DNA from: Candidatus Latescibacterota bacterium
GTDB taxonomy: Bacteria > Latescibacterota > UBA2968 > UBA8231
NCBI GenBank assembly: GCA_965219385.1
Contig: CBDCNM010000001.1
Span: forward strand, 484,631 to 548,630
Reading direction: 5' to 3'
Length of the DNA stretch: 64,000 nucleotides
The position numbers and the translations under genes are program-made. Below, in pieces: positions 37,740-48,057 of this stretch. Under the pieces are notes generated by a model, which saw only the letters and a list, made by a program, of their open reading frames with translations, searched no databases and was not told the DNA's origin. How positions within the stretch are numbered: position 1 is the stretch's first letter; the number at the start of each line of letters is the position of its first letter.

Positions 37740-38098
37740 GATGGGTCCCTCCAGTTGCGTGATGAAAGAAACCTTTGCTAACGGCGGTAGCAGGGCGCTT
37801 CCATGACGGCCCTTTGCCCCTTGGGCCATGTCCTCGATGTGGTCGGGGTAGTCAATGGCGTGGGCTCTGCCCCAGGGATAATTTTCAGTTTAACTCTTTA
37901 TTAATTAATGACATTCACAGGGGGAAAGTCCAGAAGGAAAATGGGTCAATCCTAGCTGTATTTTTTGTTAGGTCAATTTTTACAAATACTTATGTCGTTT
38001 TTATCAAATCCCAAATGGTAGACGAAAGAGAAAAGAATCACTATGTTACCCACCGTCAAAAACCCTTGAGATGCCGGATATCCTTGGGGAAATTAGAC

Positions 38099-40057
38099 TT
38101 GAATCCAAACCCGTCCTCCTCTCTAGTGCCCAGTTTTCGCGCCCTGCTCATCGGCACCCTGGGCTCCATGGCCATTGGCGCCGGGGTGGCGTACGGCAAC
38201 ATGGTAATACACGGGTCCCGGGTCGCGGTTTTTTTCAACACCATTGCGGCCGTCATCCTGTTATTTTTCCTGCTGCTGTTCATCAACCCCCTGCTGGGGC
38301 TTTTGCGCCGCTCCTGGATGCTGGGGCGGGCCGAACTGGCCCTGATCTACATCATGTGGATTGTGGCTACCTCCATTTCCGAGCGGGGTGGCACCGCCTT
38401 TCTGCTGCCGGATATCACCAGCGCCATCTACTATGCCACCCCCGAAAACAACTGGCGCGAGCTGGTGCTGCCCCTCATCCCGGAGTGGCTCATCTTCCAC
38501 CGCGATTTCGACCAGGTCAAGTATTTTTATGAAGGCGCCCCTGCAGGGCATGAGATCCCCTGGGGGCTGTGGCTGCGGCCCCTGGCCTACTGGATTCCGT
38601 TCCTCATGGCGGTCTTCGTGTCCATGGTCGCCACCATGGCGATCCTGCGCAAACAGTGGGTCGAGCGGGAACGCTTGGTCTTTCCCCTGGCCCAGGTCGC
38701 CATTGCCATGGCCGAGGACCATCCTGACAAGCCTGAGCTGCTCAAACCTTTTTTTAAAAACTGGGTGATGTGGATGGGGTTTGCCATACCATTCATCTTC
38801 CAGGTCCTCAACGGACTGAATCACTATTTCCCCTTCATCCCCCGAATCGAGTTGAGGACCGGCATTCCCCTTTTTCAAAGCGGGCTCGGCATCCCGGTCG
38901 GCGTGAGTTTTCAGACCCTGGGCCTGTGTTATTTCCTCAATCAGGACATCGCCTTTGGTCTGTGGGTTTTCTTCCTCCTCAACGTGGTACAGCGAGGGAT
39001 TTTCGGCATGATCGGGATCGACCGCTACGATCCCATGCTCGGGGCCTACAGCCACCACGGGGGCGGGGCTATAGTAGTGCACCAGGGATTCGGGGCGCTG
39101 ATCGTCCTGGTAATCTTTGGTCTGTGGAACGCCCGGAGTCATTTGCGCCAGGTGTTGCGCAAGGCCTTCCGGGGGGACGGAACCATCGACGATTCCGCTG
39201 AGATCCTCTCGTACCGGGCCGCGGTCTTTACCCTGGTGGGCTGTTATGTCTTCATGGGGATATGGATATGGCAGTCGGGCATGCCGGGGTGGATCACGCC
39301 GATCTATTTGTTCCTGGTACTGATCAATTTCATCGGCATCACCCGGGTGGTTTCAGAGGCGGGCATGCCCGTGGTCTTCGCGCCCATCGTGGTCTCGGAC
39401 TTTGTGGCCGCCGGCTTTGGCACCCGCGCTCTGGGATCCAGCGGCATCATGGCCATTGCCTTCACCTATGTCTGGTGCAGCGATATCCACACCTTTGTGA
39501 TGGCGGCCTGCGCCAACGGGCTCAAAGTAGCCGAGGAGGCGATTAAAAAGGCCCGGCGCCTGATCTTCTGGGGGATCCTGATTGCCCTCATCGCAACCCT
39601 TTTCAGTTCTTTGTGGACCATCCTGGAACTGGCCTACCAGTACGGGGGGATCAATACGGACAAGACCTTCTTTGTGGGCGCGGCGCGCTATCCCTTTGAC
39701 AACGCCGCCGTCCGCCTGCAGACACTCGAGGGGCCGCACTGGATCAACTGGGGCGCCACCGCCATTGGGGCAGGCATCATGGGCCTTTTGATGCTGGCCC
39801 GGCAGCGCTTTTTGTGGTGGCCCCTCCACCCGCTCGGCTTCCCGGTCAGTTCGGCGTTTGACACCATAGTCTTCAGTGTGTTTTTGTCCTGGCTGATCAA
39901 GGCCATATTGCTGAAGTACGGAGGCCTCAAACTCTACTTGAAGCTGCGGCCTTTCTTCCTGGGCCTGATCCTGGGCCACTACATCCCGGCCGGGGCATGG
40001 TACGCAATTGATTATTTTACCGGGACGAGTGGAAATGTGGCCATGTTCATGTTCTGA
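38099..40057 (+). CDS. DUF6785/DUF6784-type polytopic membrane protein, copy 2
   Basis: Colinear paralogue of 32096-34030; probable TTG start at 38099. Confidence 0.7.
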   Translation: MNPNPSSSLVPSFRALLIGTLGSMAIGAGVAYGNMVIHGSRVAVFFNTIAAVILLFFLLLFINPLLGLLRRSWMLGRAELALIYIMWIVATSISERGGTAFLLPDITSAIYYATPENNWRELVLPLIPEWLIFHRDFDQVKYFYEGAPAGHEIPWGLWLRPLAYWIPFLMAVFVSMVATMAILRKQWVERERLVFPLAQVAIAMAEDHPDKPELLKPFFKNWVMWMGFAIPFIFQVLNGLNHYFPFIPRIELRTGIPLFQSGLGIPVGVSFQTLGLCYFLNQDIAFGLWVFFLLNVVQRGIFGMIGIDRYDPMLGAYSHHGGGAIVVHQGFGALIVLVIFGLWNARSHLRQVLRKAFRGDGTIDDSAEILSYRAAVFTLVGCYVFMGIWIWQSGMPGWITPIYLFLVLINFIGITRVVSEAGMPVVFAPIVVSDFVAAGFGTRALGSSGIMAIAFTYVWCSDIHTFVMAACANGLKVAEEAIKKARRLIFWGILIALIATLFSSLWTILELAYQYGGINTDKTFFVGAARYPFDNAAVRLQTLEGPHWINWGATAIGAGIMGLLMLARQRFLWWPLHPLGFPVSSAFDTIVFSVFLSWLIKAILLKYGGLKLYLKLRPFFLGLILGHYIPAGAWYAIDYFTGTSGNVAMFMF

Positions 40058-40076
40058 TTGTGAGGTCGATTTTATT

Positions 40077-40126
40077 TATGTTTTTTTATATTTAGTTTTA
40101 TGTTTTATTTATATTTAGTTTGTATG
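40077..40126. repeat. AT-rich imperfect tandem repeat (about 22-24 bp x2)
   Basis: TATGTTTTTTTATATTTAGTTT / TATGTTTTATTTATATTTAGTTTG / TATG upstream of the foldase gene. Confidence 0.7.
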
Positions 40127-40141
40127 TTAAGGAGAATGAGG

Positions 40142-41797
40142 ATGAAATACTGCGGGTCTGGCTTCCTGGCTCTGGTCTACCTCGTACTGACGGGATGCGG
40201 GGAGCCTCAGGAGGTCCTGGTAGCAGAGGTGGGTCCGTACCAGATTAGCGCTGCCTCCCTGCGCGCCTTCGTGGACAAATTGCTCCCGGGGCAGCGCACC
40301 GAGAAAACGGGCGAGGTGGGTCGGAGTCACTACTTGCAGATCCTGGTGGACGGCCGGCTGTTGCTCCTGGAAGCCCGGAGTCGCGGTCTGGACACTACCC
40401 AGGTCGTGCAAAAAGCCGTTCAGAAGGCGGTCAACGAAGGTGTCCGCGCGCTGTATCGGAAGCAGGAAATACCGTCTATAGCCGAAATTTCGGAAGCAGA
40501 GCTGCGTCGACATTTCGAGGAGGAGGGATTCGATCGGGAGCGTCTGTTCTGCGGCATCCTGGTGGAGACGCGCGCACAGATCGAGGAAGTCGTTAGGGAG
40601 CTTGAGGCTGGCCGATCCTTTGCAGAGGTAGCACGCGCCTATTCCCTGGACCAGCGCACGGCTGCGCAGGGCGGGGAGCTGGGGTTCGTTGGGCGGTATA
40701 TGCTCTCGCAGATCCACGTCCCGCCGGATCTGTTTCGCTCACTGCCGCTCGGAGAGGTCTCAACCCCTCTTCCTGTAGGACGCGGGGCCTGGCACGTCTT
40801 CCGCTTTACGGAAGAGCGGCCTGCGACCTTTGCAAAATACCGCCTGCTTATCCAGCGACAGCTCAACCAGGAGCGGGAGCTCCAGGCAGAGAGAGAGCAC
40901 CTGGAGATGCTCAGGGAGTCTTTTCAGGTGCGCCTGAACCCGGCGGGGCTGCAGGAGGTGATACAGGCCTACCAGCAGAGGAATCCTGCGGCTCTGAAGG
41001 CGAATTCGACCGCTCTTTACAGGCACGATAAAGGCGAGATCAGTGTGGCCGGGGCTCAGGCAGCCCTGCAGGCACTCAACCTCGGAAAGGCGTTCGCCGA
41101 TAGTGCCGAGGCTGTTTACGTGCTGGACAGCGGTGTGCTGCGGCCGTTTCTGTTGGAAAGAGCGGCGCGCGAACTCGGCCTGTACGAAAGACCCGAGATC
41201 CGCCAGCTGCAAAAAAGAAAACAGGAAGACATCCTGGTCGAGCACTTGAAAGAGAGGGCTGTAACCCGGCACATCGACCTGTCCGACGAAGAGATACGGC
41301 ACTACTACGACAGCCATCCTGAATACTTCCGCATCGACAGCTCCACGCGGATCGAGGAGATACTCCTGGCCACCGAGGCAGAGGCCCGGCAGGTGCGCAA
41401 GCAGCTTCTAGAAGAAGTGCCTTTTGCCGAGTTCGCAGACCGCAGCCTGCGAGGGGATGCGCAGCGCAACAAGGCCCAGTATCACTTCCATCTCCGGGAC
41501 AAGGTCCTCCACCCCAGGCTGGTGCCGGCGGTTGTGGAAGCCCCTGTGGGAGAGCTCGTCGGTCCGATAGAGGTAGAGGGCGGGTACTCTGTATTCCGCA
41601 TCCTGAGCCGGGAACCAGAAAACAGGGAGCCCTATGAACAGGCGCGACAGCGAGCCCGGACTCTGTTGCTCCGGGAACGAGAGGCCCAGGCGCTGGAAAA
41701 GCTGGTGAAGGATCTGCGCGAGAAGTACATCTCCCAGGTCAAAATCTACCATGCCCATCTCACCCAGGCATTGCCGGATAGCCTGGTACAGGGCTGA
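40142..41797 (+). CDS. Lipoprotein peptidyl-prolyl isomerase/foldase (PrsA/SurA-like, two parvulin-like domains)
   Basis: Lipobox LTGC; FAEVARAYSLD..GGELGF..LPLGEVSTP; second repeat IEEILLATEAEA..GELVGPIE; AAGGAG RBS. Confidence 0.8.
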   Translation: MKYCGSGFLALVYLVLTGCGEPQEVLVAEVGPYQISAASLRAFVDKLLPGQRTEKTGEVGRSHYLQILVDGRLLLLEARSRGLDTTQVVQKAVQKAVNEGVRALYRKQEIPSIAEISEAELRRHFEEEGFDRERLFCGILVETRAQIEEVVRELEAGRSFAEVARAYSLDQRTAAQGGELGFVGRYMLSQIHVPPDLFRSLPLGEVSTPLPVGRGAWHVFRFTEERPATFAKYRLLIQRQLNQERELQAEREHLEMLRESFQVRLNPAGLQEVIQAYQQRNPAALKANSTALYRHDKGEISVAGAQAALQALNLGKAFADSAEAVYVLDSGVLRPFLLERAARELGLYERPEIRQLQKRKQEDILVEHLKERAVTRHIDLSDEEIRHYYDSHPEYFRIDSSTRIEEILLATEAEARQVRKQLLEEVPFAEFADRSLRGDAQRNKAQYHFHLRDKVLHPRLVPAVVEAPVGELVGPIEVEGGYSVFRILSREPENREPYEQARQRARTLLLREREAQALEKLVKDLREKYISQVKIYHAHLTQALPDSLVQG

Positions 41798-41841
41798 ACT
41801 TGGAAGGCGCAGCTCACAGCGCCGATTCTCAGGAGGTTACC

Positions 41842-44800
41842 ATGAGACACTCCAGCAAATTTGAGCGGTGGTCGAGGAGGTGTATCCTGTTCCTGTGCCT
41901 GAGTCTGTTGGCCGGCACCTACCAACTGGCCGGGGCCCAGGGCAAAGGATACCGGATCACCAACAGCAGGATAACCGTGAACGCGCCCGAGCACTGGCAG
42001 AACTGGAATATGCCCACCCACGCAGTGGATCTAATCCAGGAGGGGGGGGTCCGGCCCCATTTCTTCCGCCAGAGCTACAATACCCTCGACGACCTGGAGA
42101 CGTTCAAACGACCTGTCGAGGCGTTGACTATCAAGAAACAGCAAGTTGGGATTGGGAACATGGGCCGCACCTTTGTCCTGGGACTGGACGGGAGCCCGAG
42201 GCTCGAGGAGCAGAAAATAGGGAAATACCTGGATGTGGATTTCCAGAGATACCCGGGGAATCCCACCTACATTGTGCTCAACGACCAGTTCTACACGATC
42301 ACCGACACGACGATGATTGCTAAGAAAGAGGTGGAACTCACCCTGAAAAACGTCGCTACAGGAGCGACTTCCACCCGGCAATTCGGAACCGGTGACAAGG
42401 AGATGGTTCCGATCTACGAGTACTTTGTCAAGCCGGGCATCAGCCGCGTGGGCTCCAATCCGGAGGATGCGGCCCATATCCTGGACGGCGACCCTGCTAC
42501 CTACTGGGAACCGGATCCGAACGATCCGATCGAAAACTGGTGGATCGAAGTGGACCTGGGGCGGAGCGTGCTGGTGGAGGAACTGGTCCTGAAGTTCGTG
42601 GATGCGGAGCTGGGAGATCCGTTCCGGCAGTTTAAGGTGCTCACCGCACCCAGCCAGGAACTCATTTTGCAGGATGCGGTCGATTTAGATTTTGTGCCAG
42701 TTGCCGGCACCAAGGGGCCCAACCTGGAGCAGCGGTTGTTCTCGTTCCCCGTGGAGGATGATCTGAATGCGGCCCCGGGCTGGACCGGACGCATGATCGA
42801 GACCATCCGCATTGTGGTGTTCGATACCAAAGGCCGCAGACACACCCGGATGGAAGAGGCCGATTGGCTCGGCCTGGATGCGTCGGACCAGGGGGATATT
42901 GTCTATTTTGTCAAAGACCTGGAGGGCTTTGAGGAACCTGTAAGCCAGGAGGAGTACGACAGCCTGCCGCCCGAGCGGCAGGGGCGCAAGGACCACTACC
43001 GGAGCGAACAGCCCCGCCTGGCCGATATCGAAGTTCTGGGCTTGGGGGACAATATCAGCCCGGGGATAGCCCCGGGCGGGGGTAGCTTCGAGCTCCAGGG
43101 CGCGGCTTACTCCCCTCCTCTCTGGGCCTTTGACGGGGATTACAGCACCTGGTTCCTGCAGCCCCTGCGGACCCCGACCCTTGCCGACCGCGGGGTTCTG
43201 ACCGTGGATCTGGGCGCCACCTTCTGGCTGGATCAGCTACGTGTGTCGGCCCAAAATATCCCCGGCCAAGCAGAATTCTTCGACGGCTATATCCACCGCG
43301 GCTCGGACGGCACCCAGGATGCCCGGGGCCGCCTGAAATGGGTCCGTCTCAGCTCGCCCGAGCGCGAAGATAACTTAGTGACCGGGTATTTGCAGGTCCT
43401 CGACGAGTACAGCCCCGCGCCCAAGATCCGCTTTCTGGAGACCCGCATCACCACCACCGAGAATTTATTGCGGCGCAATCGCGGCGGCGCCGGGATTGTC
43501 GAATACCAGCTCTACACAAGGGCTTATCCGGCCGAGGTGGTGCTGCAATCGGACCTGATTGAACTGCCCTCGGCGCGCAACTTCGGCCGCATCTTCTGGG
43601 AGGCCGAGACCCCACCCGACACGCGCCTGGAAGTGCGCACCCGCAGCGGAGATTTGCTGGGCAAAATCGTCCGCTTTTTCGACAAGTCGGGCAAAGAAAT
43701 CTCAGGGGAGGCTTGGAACAAGTTGATAGAAAGGTTCAGGGGGCCTGTAGACACTACCTTTGTGCCGGCCACCGGCTGGAGTCCGTGGAGCCGGATTTAC
43801 CAGGAATCGGGGGAGCGGGTGACCTCGCCCGGCTTGAGGAAATTCGCCCAGATCCAGGTCAAAATGTTCACCGAGGACCGCGATGCCGCGGCTTCGATTA
43901 ACTCCATCGACATAGAACTGGTCAATCCGGTGGGCGCGCGCATCCTGGCCGAACTGTGGCCGGCGGAAGTCGTGACACCCGGCCTGGTCGATACCTTTGA
44001 TGTCTTCCTCCAGCCCAATTTCATTGAGAACCCCGTGGCTTCGCGCAGCATAGGCTTTGACGAAATCCTGCTCAGCATGTCCACGGGTAAGAGCATGGAA
44101 CTGCTCGAACTGGGTCTGGGCGTTGATCCTGAGAGCGGTCAGGCCGAGCAGGCCTTCCAACCTGCCGAGGATGTGTTCGTGGACCAGGAAGGGGTGAAAC
44201 TCCAGATCCTCAGGAACCGGGCGGACTCCATCTGGGTGCGCCTGCCCGCCGAGCTCAATATCCTGACGGAGGCTCCCCGACTCTACAACCGGATCACGGC
44301 CGAAGGCGATAAGGTACCCGTGGACCAGGAGGGTTTGTTGCTCACGGCAGCCGCCTATAGGCTGCTCGAAGAAGAGGAAAGGGGGGGTGTACAGTATTTT
44401 CGCCAGCGCACCAATACCAGCGGCGAGGTGGTGTTGACCGAGGTCGACCAGTCCACCTACCTGGATACTACTCTACTGGCAGAAGAGGCGAGAGGGCCCA
44501 TCCGCTACTTCAGGATTCTGCAGGGTGATGGCGCCCAGTTTCCCTTTGACAGCAACGGGGATTCCCTCAGCGCCAGCGCCTACAACCGCCTGCCATCTAC
44601 CCAGAAAGGCGCGGTAATTGGTCCGGGCTCGCTCATAAGCCTGCGCTTCAAGGCCCCGGTCTTCCGCAACGGCACCACCCTCCGGATCGTCGCGCGCAAC
44701 ACCAAGGGCGGCACGGATTCGGCGGCTCCCTGGCAGAGCATCGAGCCGGGGGACGCCACCCCGCTGGCCCCGGGCAATACCCTCTCCATCGGCGTGCCTT

Positions 44801-45135
44801 TCGACTCCGGGGTCCTGGACGATTTTGCCATTGCCCCCAACCCCTTCACGCCCAATGGGGACGGCATCAACGATGCGGCTGAGATCGGTTTTACGGTCTT
44901 CAAAATCAGCACCGACCGCGAGGTCAGGGTGAAGATCTATACCCTGGACGGCCGCCGTCTGTGGGAGGCCTCCAGCATGGTCTTCAGCGGCAAGGATTCC
45001 ATCCCCTGGGATGGCCGGGATGACCAGGGGAAGCTTGTGCCGCCGGGTCTGTACCTGTGTCAGATAGAACTCGATGTGGACTCACAAGAGCAGGGAGGGA
45101 CTACTCGCGCAGGGTTGATCTCTGTAGCCTATTGA
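41842..45135 (+). CDS. Large secreted protein with discoidin (F5/8)-like domains and C-terminal FTPNGDG domain, paralogue 2
   Basis: AGGAGG RBS, signal peptide; LDGDPATYWEP..WWIEVDLG, AFDGDYSTW..VDLG, RTRSG, WSPWS, PNPFTPNGDGIND..PPGLYL. Confidence 0.75.
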   Translation: MRHSSKFERWSRRCILFLCLSLLAGTYQLAGAQGKGYRITNSRITVNAPEHWQNWNMPTHAVDLIQEGGVRPHFFRQSYNTLDDLETFKRPVEALTIKKQQVGIGNMGRTFVLGLDGSPRLEEQKIGKYLDVDFQRYPGNPTYIVLNDQFYTITDTTMIAKKEVELTLKNVATGATSTRQFGTGDKEMVPIYEYFVKPGISRVGSNPEDAAHILDGDPATYWEPDPNDPIENWWIEVDLGRSVLVEELVLKFVDAELGDPFRQFKVLTAPSQELILQDAVDLDFVPVAGTKGPNLEQRLFSFPVEDDLNAAPGWTGRMIETIRIVVFDTKGRRHTRMEEADWLGLDASDQGDIVYFVKDLEGFEEPVSQEEYDSLPPERQGRKDHYRSEQPRLADIEVLGLGDNISPGIAPGGGSFELQGAAYSPPLWAFDGDYSTWFLQPLRTPTLADRGVLTVDLGATFWLDQLRVSAQNIPGQAEFFDGYIHRGSDGTQDARGRLKWVRLSSPEREDNLVTGYLQVLDEYSPAPKIRFLETRITTTENLLRRNRGGAGIVEYQLYTRAYPAEVVLQSDLIELPSARNFGRIFWEAETPPDTRLEVRTRSGDLLGKIVRFFDKSGKEISGEAWNKLIERFRGPVDTTFVPATGWSPWSRIYQESGERVTSPGLRKFAQIQVKMFTEDRDAAASINSIDIELVNPVGARILAELWPAEVVTPGLVDTFDVFLQPNFIENPVASRSIGFDEILLSMSTGKSMELLELGLGVDPESGQAEQAFQPAEDVFVDQEGVKLQILRNRADSIWVRLPAELNILTEAPRLYNRITAEGDKVPVDQEGLLLTAAAYRLLEEEERGGVQYFRQRTNTSGEVVLTEVDQSTYLDTTLLAEEARGPIRYFRILQGDGAQFPFDSNGDSLSASAYNRLPSTQKGAVIGPGSLISLRFKAPVFRNGTTLRIVARNTKGGTDSAAPWQSIEPGDATPLAPGNTLSIGVPFDSGVLDDFAIAPNPFTPNGDGINDAAEIGFTVFKISTDREVRVKIYTLDGRRLWEASSMVFSGKDSIPWDGRDDQGKLVPPGLYLCQIELDVDSQEQGGTTRAGLISVAY

Positions 45136-45230
45136 GGTCGCCTGGTGGTTTTTGCATGGCTGATCCAGTGTTTACAAGGATTTATGGGCGGTGCAATGGC
45201 TTCCTTGCTGAGCGCGGGCTAGGGTTCAAT

Positions 45231-45266
45231 AAATTACTTGACAAACACCAAGTTCTGCCCTATATG
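45231..45266 (+). promoter_or_regulatory. Sigma70 promoter with 14-bp AAATTACTTGACAA element
   Basis: TTGACA(45238)-N17-TATATG; the same 14-mer occurs at 49100. Confidence 0.55.
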
Positions 45267-45387
45267 TTGGTGCATTCAGGGTGTCTCGATTTGAGGATTC
45301 GCGGGATTCCCGGCAGAGTGAACACCTGATTTTTGTCAACTTGTGCGCTGTTCAAAGACCGGTGGCTGCAGCCCCAGGGAGGCCCTT

Positions 45388-48057
45388 GTGTATAGATCTC
45401 GCTATTTTCTGAGTTATGTAAGTTTCCTCATCCTGGCATCCATTCCCGTACAGGCTCAGGACTATGGCTCCCGTCTGGGTGATGTGAGACGGGGCGGAGA
45501 GATTTCCTACGAACCCCGGGGCCCCGGGGTTCTGTTCGGAGCCCTGGACCCGGCGGTGCGAAAGTGGTACGTCCCTCAGGAACTCTACTCCGAGTATAGA
45601 TGGAAGCAGTGGGAGTACTCCAATTATGCCCGGCAGCACTATCAAAGATATGTGAATATTGCGCGCGAGGGGGATTACTACTACGACCTCTACGGCAATT
45701 TTATCACCCGTGGGTGGTTGATCTTCAATAACTCCCAGAGCCAGCCCAAACAGTTCGGTAGCTCTGTGCTCAAGAACGACAGCTTCAACGGCTGGTTCAG
45801 CGGTCTGGTCATTTCCGCCGATGCCAAGGGCCAGCATCAATACGCCCTGACCATGGGCCATCGGCTCCGCACCACTCTCACCCCCCTGACCTTTTCCAAG
45901 CCCTTCTGGGACGGGGTGCAGTTCGACTGGGCCTCGGACAAGTACGAGGGGACCCTGATCTACTCGCGGCTCAGCTCGCCCGGGGGTTCCAGCACAGACA
46001 ACCGGGAACGCCTGGCTACCAACGCCACTTCCTTGTTCGGGGGGCGCTTCGCCGTGCAGGTGGGCGATTTTGCCACCCTGGGCTTCACCGCGGTCAATGC
46101 GCATCAATCCAATACCCTGCTGGATGGGTTCACCGGCAATCCGGTCAGCGGCGAACTGACTATTGGCCAGAACGCCGCCCTCGACTTCATCGAAATTGTG
46201 TTGCGGGACGACTCTCCCAAAGACGGCAAGGGCGGGGCCGCCTTCTTTGAGGCCGGCTCGGATATCACCATAACCTATGTGGATGGCACCGTGGACGAGG
46301 GCAAGAAGATCCGCTTCGAGCCGGTGATCGAGGGCGGTTTCATCCGGGAGGGCTTTCTCTCGGCCGACGGCCCCGAAGAGATTCGCCTGCGCTACGATTT
46401 CAACAGTCCCGCCTTTGTCAACCGCGCCAGCGCCCCCAAGGAAGACATCAAGGAAGTGGTGTTCCGCCTGGTTCTGGGCAATGACTACCAGGTCTGGGTG
46501 AGTTCCAGCCAGCAGTTGAGCAATACCGGGGAGGGGGTTCTCCTGCTGGTGACTCAGGCCGAGGGCAATGTCCAGGATAATACCAATCTGCGCGTGATCA
46601 GCTTTGAATACGGCCTGCCCACCTCCACGCAGATCTGGGGCACGACCCTGGAGTTGGAGGAGGTGATGGGTTTCAAATTCTATGGCGAATACGACCTGAG
46701 CTATGCCTACACCAAGTACCCCAATATAGGCACGGAAGACCACTCCTCTTCATCAGGTATAGCCGGTTCGCGCTCGGCCCCGGCCTGGATGGTCAATCTC
46801 TCGAAAGTCGAATACCCCTGGTTCTTCTTCGGAGAAGCCTATAGCCTGGACCCGCGCTACACCACCCGGACCTTTGTTACCGCGTCGGATGGCTTCATCG
46901 GCTACGACAACGAGCGCTCGCACGTGGTGGAACTGGTGGAAGACAACGACGATCAGGACCGCTTCCCGGACACCATCCGCAGGGACTGGCTGTCCGGGGA
47001 CACCACGGTCTTTCCGGGCTGGGACGAGAACAATGACTTCATCTCGGACTTCAACCAGAACGACAATGAGGTCCTCACCAATTCGACCCCTGATTACGAC
47101 GAAGCCTTTCTGCGCCATAATGTGGACCGGCCCGAATTCCTCTTCGGCATTGACCTGAACAACAATTTCTGGATAGACCGCTTCGAAAACGACGAAGAGC
47201 CGGATTACCCCTACCGCAAGGACCACGAGGGCTACAATATCTACCTGGGGACGCATCTGACCCCGGATATCCGCCTGATGGCCGGGGTGCTGCGCGAGGA
47301 TCTGATCTCCTCGAACCAGAGAAATCACACCAACTACCTGCTCTTCACCCTGGACCGGGATGTGCCTGGCTGGGGCCGTTTCCGGGTCTTCGATATGTTT
47401 AAATCCGTGCAAGATGATATCCGCGACGACCTCCTGCAGTGGCTGCCCAGCGCCAATATCCGCACCGGCGAATCCACCACGATCATCGATCCGCTGGTGG
47501 CGCCCGATACCTGGGTCAATTCAACCTGGGCCGGCCACGACTACAAGTACAAAGGGTTCAGGGCGAGCAATTTTTTCAAGTGGGAACTCTATCATCAGCG
47601 CCTGGACAAGGACCAGCGGGAAGTGCTGAATCTGCGCCAGCGGGAATACTTCTTCGGCCTGATCAACAAGGCCAGCTACCGGTTTGATCTGGGCCTGGTG
47701 TGGATTGAGCCGCGCTGGAAGAGCGAGTACCGCAAACAGACCCTCGATCTGGTCACCACCAACACAGAAAAGAGGGAAGAACTCGCTGAGATCGGCGGGG
47801 TGCTCCTGGGCTTTCCCCTGCTTACTCATACCACTCTTCAAGGCGGCGTGGAGTTGACCTTCCTCAACGATATCGAGAGCGATGCCAATGATTTCAATGG
47901 CATTGCCTCGGCTGTCCAGTTTACCAATGTCTCCGATTATCAGGGCTACAAGATCACTACCCAGGCAGGCTTAAAAATCGATCGCCGGGATCCTAAAGCC
48001 AGGGATGCAGTGACCGTCACCCAGAGTTTCATTGCGGTGTATGCAGGTCTGGAGTAG
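45388..48057 (+). CDS. Large exported hypothetical protein; predicted outer-membrane beta-barrel with Ca-binding-like Asp/Asn loops
   Basis: GTG start with GGGAGG; signal peptide; DNDDQDRFPD, DENNDFISD, DLNNNFWID; amphipathic strands ending SFIAVYAGLE. Confidence 0.55.
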   Translation: MYRSRYFLSYVSFLILASIPVQAQDYGSRLGDVRRGGEISYEPRGPGVLFGALDPAVRKWYVPQELYSEYRWKQWEYSNYARQHYQRYVNIAREGDYYYDLYGNFITRGWLIFNNSQSQPKQFGSSVLKNDSFNGWFSGLVISADAKGQHQYALTMGHRLRTTLTPLTFSKPFWDGVQFDWASDKYEGTLIYSRLSSPGGSSTDNRERLATNATSLFGGRFAVQVGDFATLGFTAVNAHQSNTLLDGFTGNPVSGELTIGQNAALDFIEIVLRDDSPKDGKGGAAFFEAGSDITITYVDGTVDEGKKIRFEPVIEGGFIREGFLSADGPEEIRLRYDFNSPAFVNRASAPKEDIKEVVFRLVLGNDYQVWVSSSQQLSNTGEGVLLLVTQAEGNVQDNTNLRVISFEYGLPTSTQIWGTTLELEEVMGFKFYGEYDLSYAYTKYPNIGTEDHSSSSGIAGSRSAPAWMVNLSKVEYPWFFFGEAYSLDPRYTTRTFVTASDGFIGYDNERSHVVELVEDNDDQDRFPDTIRRDWLSGDTTVFPGWDENNDFISDFNQNDNEVLTNSTPDYDEAFLRHNVDRPEFLFGIDLNNNFWIDRFENDEEPDYPYRKDHEGYNIYLGTHLTPDIRLMAGVLREDLISSNQRNHTNYLLFTLDRDVPGWGRFRVFDMFKSVQDDIRDDLLQWLPSANIRTGESTTIIDPLVAPDTWVNSTWAGHDYKYKGFRASNFFKWELYHQRLDKDQREVLNLRQREYFFGLINKASYRFDLGLVWIEPRWKSEYRKQTLDLVTTNTEKREELAEIGGVLLGFPLLTHTTLQGGVELTFLNDIESDANDFNGIASAVQFTNVSDYQGYKITTQAGLKIDRRDPKARDAVTVTQSFIAVYAGLE

